Below are positions 40,471-49,495 of a stretch of DNA of 64,000 nt, piece by piece. Source of the stretch: an uncultured bacterium (GTDB lineage Bacteria; Acidobacteriota; Thermoanaerobaculia; Multivoradales; J023); assembly GCA_937948815.1 (NCBI GenBank), contig CALFAM010000058.1, positions 2,174 through 66,173 on the forward strand, read 5' to 3'. Position 1 is the first letter of the stretch, and each line of letters opens with the position of its first letter. The notes below the pieces were generated by a model. That model was not told the origin of the DNA and searched no databases. It saw only the letters and a list, made by a program, of their open reading frames with translations. The position numbers and the translations under genes were made by a program.

Positions 40471-41340
40471 CTAGCGCGTGGTGAGCCAGACGACGACCGC
40501 ACCCCACAGCAGGATGTTGATCACGGATTGGAGATCGGTGACCACGGTCTCGGTGGGGTTGCGCGCGTCCCGTACCTGGTAGACGAGATAGAGGTAGCGG
40601 AAGATGCCGAAGAGGACGAGTGGCACGGTCCAGACGAGTTGGTCGGAGCCGAAGCGGGCCACGGTGTCGTCGTCCACCACGTAGAGCGCGTAGCTAACCA
40701 CGGTCGAGGCGGTCACCACGCTCATCATCTGTTCGAGAAAGCTGGAGCTGTAGTTGGAGAGTACCGCGCGATGGTCACCGGCATCGTCCTGGAGCAGCAG
40801 GAGCTCGTGGCGCCGCTTGGACAGGATGAGGAACAGTGCCAGGAAAATGGTGCAGAGAATCAGCCAGCGCGACACGCTCACCGGAATGGCGTCGGCGCCG
40901 GCCTGGACACGGATCACGTAGCCGCTCGCCACCATCATCACGTCGAGCACGACGACGTGCTTGAGACCGCCTGCGTAGAGGAGGTTGATCCCGAGGTAGA
41001 GCGCCACCAAAGTGACCACCGCGGATCCCAGAAACCAAGCGACGGCGAGGCTGCCAGCCGCCAGCACCACGGCTCCGGTCATGGCCGCGCCGACTGGCAA
41101 GGCGCCGGACGCGATCGGGCGGTTGCGCTTGACGGGGTGATGTCGATCTTCCTCGCGATCGCGCAGATCGTTCCACAAGTAGACCGCGCTGGCCGCCGCA
41201 CAGAAGACGGCGAACGCGATGGCGGTGCGCAGAATGGCGTCCGGGTCACCCAGCCGTTGGGCAAAGACCAGCGGCGCGAGCACGAAGACATTCTTCACCC
41301 ACTGGACGGGTCGGAGAGCTCGAACGAAAGCGAACAGCAT
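40471..41340 (-). CDS. UbiA-family prenyltransferase, decaprenyl-phosphate phosphoribosyltransferase (Rv3806c/DPPR synthase)-like
   Basis: LRPVQWVKNVFVLAPL, YLWNDLRDREEDRHHPVKRNRPIASG (NDxxDxxxD), SKRRHEL, and C-terminal FRYLYLV...NPTETVVTD are collinear with the DPPR-synthase subfamily as I recall it. Confidence 0.8.
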   Translation of the reverse strand: MLFAFVRALRPVQWVKNVFVLAPLVFAQRLGDPDAILRTAIAFAVFCAAASAVYLWNDLRDREEDRHHPVKRNRPIASGALPVGAAMTGAVVLAAGSLAVAWFLGSAVVTLVALYLGINLLYAGGLKHVVVLDVMMVASGYVIRVQAGADAIPVSVSRWLILCTIFLALFLILSKRRHELLLLQDDAGDHRAVLSNYSSSFLEQMMSVVTASTVVSYALYVVDDDTVARFGSDQLVWTVPLVLFGIFRYLYLVYQVRDARNPTETVVTDLQSVINILLWGAVVVWLTTR

Positions 41341-41396
41341 GGGCGCGTAGTATAGGGGCTCACCGGCCTCGAGATCCTGTGCTTGCGAATCCAGAC

Positions 41397-43745
41397 ATGA
41401 AACGCCGCTTCCTGTTCGTCTACGTCACGCCGGTCCTATTCGTGATGCTCCTGTCGGTCTGGTCGCTGATCACGGGTCGCGACACGCTCTACCTACGGGA
41501 CATCGCCAACGCCCACACCCAGGCGAAGCTGGCGCAGGCGTCGCTGCTTCGCGCTGGAAGCCTGCCCCTGGTCGACCCGTTTCGCGACGGCCAGCCGCTG
41601 GTCGGCAACCCCAATACGGTTCCGCTCTACCCGGACAACGTTCTCTACGCCCTGGCGCCGCCTCGATGGGCGCTCGGTGCGCATATTTGGCTGCACTGGT
41701 TGCTGGCGCCATTCGCCATGTTCGCACTCGCGCGGGTTTGTGGTCTGCGCCGGCCGGCCGCATGGGCGGCAGGCACCATCTACGCGACCAGTGGATTCGC
41801 GCTTTCCCACTTCAATCTCTACAACAGTGTCGCCGCGCTGGCCCTGGCGCCGGCGCTCGTCGCCGCGACCATTTGCGTGTTTCGTCGCCGGCAACCGCGT
41901 CGGGCGGCAGCGGTTGCCGCGGTCTTCGTGGCGCTGCTGCTGCTGGGAGGCGATCCCCCGACTGCGGCGCTGGCGGTGGTGCTGGCAGCCAGCGCCGCCG
42001 TGGTCTTCGGCTGGCGCCCCAAGCGAAGGCACCTCGCGCCGTCCCCCCGCGGCCGTTGGCTGACCCTCGGCACGGCCGCGGTGCTCGGTGTTCTGTTGGC
42101 GGCACCGCAGCTGATCGAGCTCGGACGGATCACGGGTACGTCGTTTCGCGGTGCACGGGAAGCGTCGTCCCGCGCGATTCTCGCGCAGAGCCTCGACCCG
42201 CGCGCAAGCACCGAATGGGTGTTGCCACTCTTCTTCGGTCGACCCGATCGCCAGTTCTGGGGCCAGGCATTTTTCGGCAACAACGAGCCGTTCTACCTGT
42301 CACTCTTCCCCGGCGCGCTCGCGCTCGCGCTGGTGCTCGCCGCCGGTCGTCCGCGGACCCGTGCGGGCTGGTGGGCTTGGGGGGCGGTTGTCGCCGCAAC
42401 CTTCGTGGCCCTCGGCGCGTTCAACCCGGTGATCCGTTGGCTGGTCGATACGGTGGGCAGCGGGGGCTTGCGCTACCCGATCAAGGCATGGCTCTGGGGA
42501 GCCGTGGGGGCGTCGCTGCTCGCGGGTATGGGATTCGACCGACTTCGTTCACGGGCGGGGCGGCAACGGCTCTTGATCGCGCTCGGCAGCGTGACCTTCG
42601 GTTACCTCATGGTTTGGCAGCTTCTCGTGCGGAGCCCGGCGCCGGTGGCGCGGTGGCTCGAGGGCCTCTCGCCCGACCGGCTGCGCGGCGCCGCGCTCGC
42701 AGCCGAGCAAGCGCGCTGGACCGCTGTCGCCTTCCTGATCGTCTTGCTTCTCGGCAGCGTCGTCCTTGGAATCTTCTTCGGCCGGCGCTGGCCAGCCGCC
42801 GTCGGCGCTGGCGTGCTCGTGCTCCACGCTGGCTCGCAGCTCTTCTTCTTGGCACCGCTGCTCGACCGCGACGCCTCGGCGTTCTACCAGCAGAAGCCGG
42901 CTCTCCTGCGCTTCGTTCCCGAGGAGCCGTGGGTCGTGCACGGCCGCACGGGCAACCTCTTCGGGCCGCCGCCGCGGGCGCGGGTCAACGATCCGGATGC
43001 CCGTACGGTGTGGGAGGAGCGGCGGCGGTTCGCATCCCTCGCACCGCAGGCCGGCGTCGGCTGGGGGCGCCGCTACGCCTTCGACTCCTCGCCCGAAGGG
43101 CTCGATACCCTGTGGTCGATCGGCATGGAGCAGGCTGTGCACGGCCTCGGTGATCTCGACCGGCTACGCCTGCTCGAAGCCTTCGGTGTCGCCACCCTGA
43201 TTCTCGACCGTCCGCTCGACCCGCCCGCTGCCGAGCGGACCGGTTTGCACACCCGCACCGAGGTCGCGGGCCAACCGACGTGGGTGTACAAGCTCGGGCA
43301 TACCGCGCCGCAGGTGGCGCTGGCCGAGAAGGTCCACTACGGGGCCGACGCCAACGCCATTCTCGACGTGCTGCGCGAGCCCTCGTTCGACGCGCGAAAA
43401 GAGACGGTCCTGGTTGGCGACCGCGCGCCCACGGTCCGCCGGCCTGGCCGCCTGGACCTGGTGCTCGATGAGGCCGAGCGCGTGGTGGCAGATGTCGACA
43501 GCGAGGAAGGTACCGTCTTGGTGGTGCAGCGGGCTTGGTTGCCGATCTACCGGGCGTCGGTCGACGGTGCGCCCGCCCGCGTCGTGAGCGCGAACCTTGC
43601 GCGCATGGCCGTCGAGGTGCCGGCCGGCTTTCACCGGGTGCGCATCTGGGTAGATCGGCGGCCGTTCTATGCCGGCCTCGTGGTGAGCTTGATCGCCTTG
43701 GTGGGTGTCGTGTGGCTCGGCCGCTCCCGCCGGGCGATCACGTGA
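41397..43745 (+). CDS. YfhO-like polytopic membrane protein (GT-C-fold glycosyltransferase candidate)
   Basis: N-terminus LYLRDIANAHTQAKL...LPLVDPFRDGQPLVGNPNTVPLYPDN resembles the YfhO family. It has many TM segments plus a C-terminal beta-rich domain and a terminal TM. GTG 41379 is an alternative start. Confidence 0.6.
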   Translation: MKRRFLFVYVTPVLFVMLLSVWSLITGRDTLYLRDIANAHTQAKLAQASLLRAGSLPLVDPFRDGQPLVGNPNTVPLYPDNVLYALAPPRWALGAHIWLHWLLAPFAMFALARVCGLRRPAAWAAGTIYATSGFALSHFNLYNSVAALALAPALVAATICVFRRRQPRRAAAVAAVFVALLLLGGDPPTAALAVVLAASAAVVFGWRPKRRHLAPSPRGRWLTLGTAAVLGVLLAAPQLIELGRITGTSFRGAREASSRAILAQSLDPRASTEWVLPLFFGRPDRQFWGQAFFGNNEPFYLSLFPGALALALVLAAGRPRTRAGWWAWGAVVAATFVALGAFNPVIRWLVDTVGSGGLRYPIKAWLWGAVGASLLAGMGFDRLRSRAGRQRLLIALGSVTFGYLMVWQLLVRSPAPVARWLEGLSPDRLRGAALAAEQARWTAVAFLIVLLLGSVVLGIFFGRRWPAAVGAGVLVLHAGSQLFFLAPLLDRDASAFYQQKPALLRFVPEEPWVVHGRTGNLFGPPPRARVNDPDARTVWEERRRFASLAPQAGVGWGRRYAFDSSPEGLDTLWSIGMEQAVHGLGDLDRLRLLEAFGVATLILDRPLDPPAAERTGLHTRTEVAGQPTWVYKLGHTAPQVALAEKVHYGADANAILDVLREPSFDARKETVLVGDRAPTVRRPGRLDLVLDEAERVVADVDSEEGTVLVVQRAWLPIYRASVDGAPARVVSANLARMAVEVPAGFHRVRIWVDRRPFYAGLVVSLIALVGVVWLGRSRRAIT

Positions 43746-43749
43746 ACCG

Positions 43750-44286
43750 CTACTGGTTGCTGGTCGGAAGCTCGCGCGAGATGACTTCGGAGAGGAAGAC
43801 CTGCACGCCATCCTTGGTCTTGCTGTAGACCACGGGTGCGCCGGGGAAGCGGTCCGGAAAGAAGAACTCCGAAACACCGCCGTCTTCCTCCTCCACCCGG
43901 TATTGCCAGCCGTCGAGCTCGCCCAGCGGCGTCTCACGGGTCGTGCGCTCTCGAGACGACGTGGCGATCAGAAAACGCGCGTGGTCCCGAAGCTCCTCCC
44001 AGGTGGCATCGAACGCTCTGACCTCACCGACGGCCCCGCCCCGTTTGTCGACCCCTTGATCGGTCATCGAGACCTTCTCCGGCGACCACGCCGTCACGAC
44101 CGTTCGTGATGAGTTGACCCCCCCGGGCGTGGTGTAACGCGTCACCACCTGCATGCCAAGCGGCCAGGAATCGCGAATCTGCTCGGCAGTGTACGGGGTC
44201 GGCAGGCAGTCGTCCGTTGCGGCATCCTGCGCGGAGATGCTGGCCGCCAGGGTCACGAGCATGGTCAGTATCGAGATTCGTTTCAT
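43750..44286 (-). CDS. Secreted hypothetical protein
   Basis: ATG 44286 is preceded by AGGAGGAAG. The signal peptide is MKRISILTMLVTLAASISAQD. The longer ORF-track N-terminus (to 44505) is rich in R/S/P and is unlikely to be real. Confidence 0.55.
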   Translation of the reverse strand: MKRISILTMLVTLAASISAQDAATDDCLPTPYTAEQIRDSWPLGMQVVTRYTTPGGVNSSRTVVTAWSPEKVSMTDQGVDKRGGAVGEVRAFDATWEELRDHARFLIATSSRERTTRETPLGELDGWQYRVEEEDGGVSEFFFPDRFPGAPVVYSKTKDGVQVFLSEVISRELPTSNQ

Positions 44287-44432
44287 GGTCTTCCTCCTGC
44301 TTCCGTGATCAGAGCACTGGGGACGATTGTCGGACACCCTTGCCGCCAACGCAAGCTCGGGGTGCCTTGGAGAGAGATGACGAATCAACGAGCGGCTCTT
44401 CGACCATCGGACTTGACAAGGGATAAGAAATC

Positions 44433-44450
44433 CACAACCATATGGTTGTG
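44433..44450. promoter_or_regulatory. Perfect 18-bp palindrome, candidate ArsR-family operator at the arsR start
   Basis: CACAACCATATGGTTGTG. It abuts ATG 44451 and contains ATG 44442. TTGACA lies at 44413-44418 upstream. The core recurs at 45364-45380. Confidence 0.55.
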
Positions 44451-44789
44451 ATGATTCAACTCGACGCCACGTTTGCCGCCCTCGCCGATCCAACCCGGAG
44501 GGCAATCCTCGCGCGCCTGACGGAGGGTCCGGCGTCGATCGCCGAGCTCACCAAGCCTTTCGATGTCTCGCAGCAGGCAATCTCGAAGCACGTTGCGGTG
44601 CTGGATCGAGCGGGGCTGGTGCGTAAGCGGCGAGAAGGACGGATCAGCCGTTGTGAGCTCGATGCTGCCCCGCTGGAGTCGGCAGCCGATTGGATCGCCC
44701 ACTACAAGTCCTTCTGGGCCGCCAAGCTCGATCGCCTGGAAACCTACTTGAACACCCAAGCGGAGAACCAAGATGGTGAAGCTTCTTGA
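44451..44789 (+). CDS. ArsR/SmtB-family transcriptional regulator
   Basis: FAALADPTRRAILARLTEGPASIAELTKPFDVSQQAISKHVAVLDRAGLV is a canonical ArsR wHTH. ATG 44442 is an alternative start. Confidence 0.85.
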   Translation: MIQLDATFAALADPTRRAILARLTEGPASIAELTKPFDVSQQAISKHVAVLDRAGLVRKRREGRISRCELDAAPLESAADWIAHYKSFWAAKLDRLETYLNTQAENQDGEAS

Positions 44790-45297
44790 GCGGCCTGAGG
44801 CGCTCGCTTCCAGCACCCCCGACGCTGCGACGCTGCGCATTTCGCGAACATTCGCTGCCACGCGCGAGCAGGTTTTCGATGCTTTCACGCAGGCGGATGC
44901 CATCCGTGCCTGGTGGGGCCCTGAGGACTATTGCGCTCCCGAAGTGCACATGGACGTCCGTCCCGGAGGGTGCTTTCGGTTCCGCATGCAGCCGCTGAGC
45001 GGTGACGCCACCGGCGCGACCATGTGCGGCACCTATCAGGAGGTGGATCGCCCAGCGCGCTTGTCGTTTACGTTCTCGTGGGAATACGAAGACGGTCGTG
45101 AGGCCGAGGAAAATCTCGGCCCTGGTGGCGAAATGCTGGTCACCGTCGACTTCCTCGACCGGGGGGCGGCAACCGAGATGGTGTTGGTGCATGAACGCAA
45201 CCCGAGCCAGCAGGCGCGCGACGACCACGGCCGCGGCTGGACCAGCTCGATGGTCTGTCTCGCCGCCTACCTGCGTGCATCGGCGAACAACCCCTAA
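44773..45297 (+). CDS. SRPBCC-superfamily protein (Aha1/AHSA1-like)
   Basis: LRISRTFAATREQVFDAFTQADAIRAWWGPE... is typical of the AHSA1 family commonly paired with ArsR regulators. It overlaps the arsR end by 17 nt. Confidence 0.8.
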   Translation: MVKLLERPEALASSTPDAATLRISRTFAATREQVFDAFTQADAIRAWWGPEDYCAPEVHMDVRPGGCFRFRMQPLSGDATGATMCGTYQEVDRPARLSFTFSWEYEDGREAEENLGPGGEMLVTVDFLDRGAATEMVLVHERNPSQQARDDHGRGWTSSMVCLAAYLRASANNP

Positions 45298-45311
45298 CCG
45301 CACGTCAACCG

Positions 45312-45354
45312 GGCAACCTCGTAGATCGGCCGCGAAGAGGTTGCCTCTTCTTTT
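45312..45354 (+). terminator. Rho-independent terminator after the arsR-SRPBCC operon
   Basis: GGCAACCTC-(16-nt loop)-GAGGTTGCC followed by TCTTCTTTT. Confidence 0.6.
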
Positions 45355-45363
45355 ACCTGAAAT

Positions 45364-45380
45364 CACAACCAGATGGTTGT
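45364..45380. promoter_or_regulatory. Second copy of the ArsR-type operator core, upstream of the RND exporter gene
   Basis: CACAACCAGATGGTTGT matches CACAACCATATGGTTGT at 44433-44449 in 16 of 17 positions. The GAAATC flank is also shared. The site lies 46-62 nt upstream of ATG 45426. Confidence 0.55.
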
Positions 45381-45425
45381 TTGTTGGTGGCGCCCGATCG
45401 CGACACCTCATGCAAGGGGCTCTGA

Positions 45426-48400
45426 ATGACTAGCCAAGCCGCTCCCGCGGCACGTTTTGCTGCCTTGATCTACCGTTGGCGCTGGCCGTTGGCGGTTGCC
45501 AGCCTGCTCACCATTGTGGGCGTCTTCATGGCCGGCACGCGCCAAGTAGGCGCCTTCAACCACTCGGTCCGTAGCCTCGGCGACCTCGCGGGTCGAACGC
45601 CTGCCGAACCACCCCTGATCTTCGATCCGAGTCTGGACGTATGGTTCTCGGGTCTTGCCGACGACGCGACGAGCACCTACTACGAGATCGAAGATCGTTT
45701 CGTCGCCGAGGACTTCGTGGCGGTGTCGTTTTCCGCCGCCGAGAGCCCGTTGGGTGTGTTCGACCGCAGCGCGCTGGCGACCATTGCCCGCCTGACAGAA
45801 CAGTTCCTGACCATCCCGGGCGTGCGTCACGTTCGAAGTCTGACCTACAGTCCGTGGATCCGAGCCGGCAAGCCCGACGATCTGGCTGCGGCCGAAGACG
45901 CCGCCCATCGTCTCGTGGTCGGCGATTTCGTGGTGGGTGACCCACAGCAACTGTCAGACGACCAGCTCATCGAGCGCATGGTCGCGGTGCTCGGGGCCGA
46001 AGCAGCGTCGAAGCGGGTGGGAAGAGCACGTGTGCGAGACGTGCTCGGTCCCGAGGCGAACTTTGCTGACCACATCGGTGAACCCTCCCTGGTCGGCACG
46101 GTGGTCGACGAAACCGGCACGACGACGGCGATCCAGGTTCAGATCTTGCGTCGGAACGCGCGGGCCGCGGACCTCGAAGGCGCCGCCGCCGCTGCCTACT
46201 CGACAAGCTACCAGCGGGCCGCGCTACGCGGTATCGAGCACTTTCTCAGACAGGAAGCCGGCTTGGTGGTGCCGTCGGCCGACCGCGCCGACCTGGTTCA
46301 TTGGATGGAAGGCCAAGAGGATCCCGAAGCGCGCCGCCGGATGCGCTTGGCGCTCGAAGACCCGCGCACCACCTTCATGGTCGGGCCCGATGGCGCTGCC
46401 GTGCGGAAAGTCCTCGAGCTCGAGGACCAGGGCGATGGAACCTATGTCGATGTGCGCGACCCATCGGCCCCGGTCGACGCCCCGGCGGGCTTCGTACCCG
46501 AGCCCCGCTCGAGTTTTCGCTTTCACCTTGGTGGCCAGCCACTGATCGAGCGCAACTTCGAGCAGGTCGGCATGGCCGACGGCGGCTTGATGCCGTTGAT
46601 GTTTCTGATCATCGCCGTCTGCCTGGCCTTCCTCACGCGCAGCATCGTCGGTGCGGCTGTCTCCTTGACGGTCGCCGTCGGGGCCATCTTGGCGACTATC
46701 GGCTTTGGCTTTGCCAAGGGCGACTTGCTCAACAACATGACCATGATGACGCCCAATCTGCTGACCGCTGTCGGCATCGCCGACGCAGTACACCTGGTGT
46801 CGGCTTGGGTGACTCAGCGGCCCCATGCGACCAGTCGCAGGGCGCTGATCGAAGCCGTTGTTCGGCAGAACGCTGTCCCGGTTCTGCTCACCTCCATCAC
46901 CACGGCCGTTGGCTTCTGCGCCCTGACGCTGAGCAGCGTACGGCCGATCGCCATGTTGGGCACGAGCGCTGCCTTCGGCACCCTCGTCGCCTACGTTCTC
47001 TCGATGACCTTGGTGCCTGCTGTCCTGTCGTTGCTGCCCGTGGGTTCCAGGCGCGGGGCGGTTCCTCATGCGCCGCTGGCCCTGAGCGCCGACCGATCCC
47101 GACGCCTCGCCGAGCTCATCGTTCGTCGCCGTGCAGGGATCGTCGGCATTGCGCTCGTCCTGGTGGTTGCAGCCTGCATCGGCGTTGCTCGGGTCGAGAT
47201 CGACAGCGACACCCGGCGCTTCTTCCCTCGCGAGGACCCGGTGATGGCGGACTTCGACTGGATGGAGCGACACCTGGCTGGTGGCGGCGATCTCGAGATC
47301 GTCTTCGGGGCGTTTGAGAACCTGCCGCCGGCCGACTCGGCCTTGGATGACGGAGCCCTGAGCCGCCTCGAGGCGCTGCGCACGAGACGCGTGGCCAGCG
47401 AGCAGGGGCATGCAGACATGGCGCCGCTGGGCCCTGCCGAGCAAGCAGAGCTGGCGCAACGCGAGATCGCGGCGGCACGGGCGGCGGCACAGCGAATCGG
47501 CGTGTCACCCCAGGTCCTCGGTGAGCTGGACCGCTTCGAAGCGAGGCTTCGCGAGGATATGGCGCGACCCACGTCGCCGCTGCATCTGATCAGCGACTTG
47601 ATCTCGCCGCTCGACATTCTGCGCAAGATGCACCAGGTGCAGAACGGTGGCAGCGCCGCTTTCTACCGCGTGCCCGGCGATGCTGACGTGGCGTCGACCG
47701 CGCTCGCGCCGCGCGTGGTGCGTGATCCGATGACCGACAGCCTGCTCTATGTGCCCGCCCAAAGCGGTGAAACGTTGGTGGCGCAGTACTACCTGCAATA
47801 CGAAAACGGTGCCCGGCCGGGCGAGAGCCTGTCGACCCAGCTCAGCGCCGATCGTTCGCAGATCCGCATGCAGGGGCGGCTCGGGCTCGCGCCTTCGCGA
47901 AGCCACCTGGCCGTCCGCGACCGCATCGCCGAGATTCTCGACACGGAGTTTCCCCGCCTCGCCGCGCAAGCCGAGGTGACCGTTACAGGGCGCACCATGC
48001 TGCAGGCGATGACTGCCGACATGGTGGCCACCGAATTCCTCAAGTCCATGGCCGTGGCGCTCGCGGTCATCAGCGTGCTGATCGGCCTGGTGTTCCGCTC
48101 CGCGTCGCTGGCGATGATCAGCTTGTTGCCCAACACGCTGCCCATCCTCCTGCCACTCAGCGCATTCGGTCTGCTCGAGATCCCCCTCAGTGCACCGGCG
48201 GCGTTCGTGGCGTCGATCGCACTGGGCGTCTGTGTCGACGACACGATCCACCTGTTGGCCAAGTACGTCGCGGCACAGCGATCCGGCAAGGTCGGCAGCC
48301 AGGCCATTGCCGAGGCACTGCGACAGGTCGGAACACCGATCACGGTCACCACGATCGTGCTGATTCTCGGCTTCGGCACCATGCTGCTCGGCTCATTCGT

Positions 48401-48590
48401 GCCCAACCAACTTCTCGGCAGCCTGGCCGCCGCGATGATCGGACTCGCCTGGCTGTTCGATCTGTTCTTGACGCCCGCAGTCCTCAGCTACCTCGAGACG
48501 TGGCGCGCGCATCGTCAGCGCGTGGTCACGGCACCATCACCAACGCCGATGGCCCATGCACCGGCCATGCCCTCGGGAGGAAACCCATGA
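45426..48590 (+). CDS. RND-superfamily exporter, MMPL/HpnN-like (COG1033 type)
   Basis: 1054 aa with two repeats, each having one TM, a large periplasmic loop and a five-TM bundle. Motifs include GIADAVHL and GVCVDDTIHL (SSD-like TM4). There is no membrane-fusion-protein gene nearby. Confidence 0.85.
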   Translation: MTSQAAPAARFAALIYRWRWPLAVASLLTIVGVFMAGTRQVGAFNHSVRSLGDLAGRTPAEPPLIFDPSLDVWFSGLADDATSTYYEIEDRFVAEDFVAVSFSAAESPLGVFDRSALATIARLTEQFLTIPGVRHVRSLTYSPWIRAGKPDDLAAAEDAAHRLVVGDFVVGDPQQLSDDQLIERMVAVLGAEAASKRVGRARVRDVLGPEANFADHIGEPSLVGTVVDETGTTTAIQVQILRRNARAADLEGAAAAAYSTSYQRAALRGIEHFLRQEAGLVVPSADRADLVHWMEGQEDPEARRRMRLALEDPRTTFMVGPDGAAVRKVLELEDQGDGTYVDVRDPSAPVDAPAGFVPEPRSSFRFHLGGQPLIERNFEQVGMADGGLMPLMFLIIAVCLAFLTRSIVGAAVSLTVAVGAILATIGFGFAKGDLLNNMTMMTPNLLTAVGIADAVHLVSAWVTQRPHATSRRALIEAVVRQNAVPVLLTSITTAVGFCALTLSSVRPIAMLGTSAAFGTLVAYVLSMTLVPAVLSLLPVGSRRGAVPHAPLALSADRSRRLAELIVRRRAGIVGIALVLVVAACIGVARVEIDSDTRRFFPREDPVMADFDWMERHLAGGGDLEIVFGAFENLPPADSALDDGALSRLEALRTRRVASEQGHADMAPLGPAEQAELAQREIAAARAAAQRIGVSPQVLGELDRFEARLREDMARPTSPLHLISDLISPLDILRKMHQVQNGGSAAFYRVPGDADVASTALAPRVVRDPMTDSLLYVPAQSGETLVAQYYLQYENGARPGESLSTQLSADRSQIRMQGRLGLAPSRSHLAVRDRIAEILDTEFPRLAAQAEVTVTGRTMLQAMTADMVATEFLKSMAVALAVISVLIGLVFRSASLAMISLLPNTLPILLPLSAFGLLEIPLSAPAAFVASIALGVCVDDTIHLLAKYVAAQRSGKVGSQAIAEALRQVGTPITVTTIVLILGFGTMLLGSFVPNQLLGSLAAAMIGLAWLFDLFLTPAVLSYLETWRAHRQRVVTAPSPTPMAHAPAMPSGGNP

Positions 48591-49495
48591 TCGCCGCCGA
48601 CGCCACCGGGCGCTCCGCACCGTCTTCGCTCCGCGCAGCACTTCTCGGTGCTCACCTGATCACCGCGCTGGTACTCAGCGCCTCGGCGTCAGCCGCAGAG
48701 CCCCTGCCACTGCCGGACTTCGAGCGAGACGACCCCGCCCGCTATGGCCGCCAGATCGCACTGCACCAAGATCGCTGCGACCGTGGATGGGTCGACGAGC
48801 GCGCACGCGGAACCATGACCCTGTTCGATGCGGATGGCGACTCCGTCCGCCGGGCGTTCGATCGATTCGTCTTCGAACGGGCCGAGGAGGGCGACAAGAT
48901 CATCATCCGCTTCGCCGAACCCGCCGAGATCAAGGGTGTGGCTGCCCTCACCTTCGAGCGCCCCGGTACGGCGGACGACAGCTGGCTCTATCTTCCGGCG
49001 AGCAAGCGGGTGCGCAGGATCTCCGGGGCCAACAACACCGCGAGCTTTCAAGGCACGGAGTTCACCTATGAGGATCTCGGCAGCCTCGATGCGCGCGAGT
49101 ATGACTGGCGCTTTCTCGAGGAGGCCCACGACGAACACGATTCGGGGGCGACTCCCGTCTACCGTCTGGAGGCCGTTCCGACCTATGACGACACCGGATA
49201 CTCGCGGCTGGTGGTGTCGATTCATCGTCAGGCCTGGCGCCAGGAGCGTGTCGAGTATTTCGATCCCTCCGGCCGGCTGCTCAAGACGCGGCTTTCACGG
49301 GACTGGGAGCAGTTCCATGGTCGCTTCTGGCGAGCCAGAGAGATCGAGATGGTCAATCACCAGACCGGCAAGCGAACGGTGATCGAGCTGACCGACCAGC
49401 GTCTCGACCTCGCGCACTCGACGGACCCGCGTTCCGGGCGGAACCTGCGGCCGCTCACCGAAGACCTGTTCACGGCTCGCTCGTTGCAGCCATGA
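48587..49495 (+). CDS. LolA-like outer-membrane lipoprotein-sorting / carrier protein (LolA_like, DUF1329-like role)
   Basis: Signal peptide. DSWLYLPASKRVRRISGANNTASFQGTEFTYEDLG matches the LolA_like family motif. Its ATG overlaps the RND stop (ATGA), with GGGAGGAAA upstream. Confidence 0.75.
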   Translation: MIAADATGRSAPSSLRAALLGAHLITALVLSASASAAEPLPLPDFERDDPARYGRQIALHQDRCDRGWVDERARGTMTLFDADGDSVRRAFDRFVFERAEEGDKIIIRFAEPAEIKGVAALTFERPGTADDSWLYLPASKRVRRISGANNTASFQGTEFTYEDLGSLDAREYDWRFLEEAHDEHDSGATPVYRLEAVPTYDDTGYSRLVVSIHRQAWRQERVEYFDPSGRLLKTRLSRDWEQFHGRFWRAREIEMVNHQTGKRTVIELTDQRLDLAHSTDPRSGRNLRPLTEDLFTARSLQP

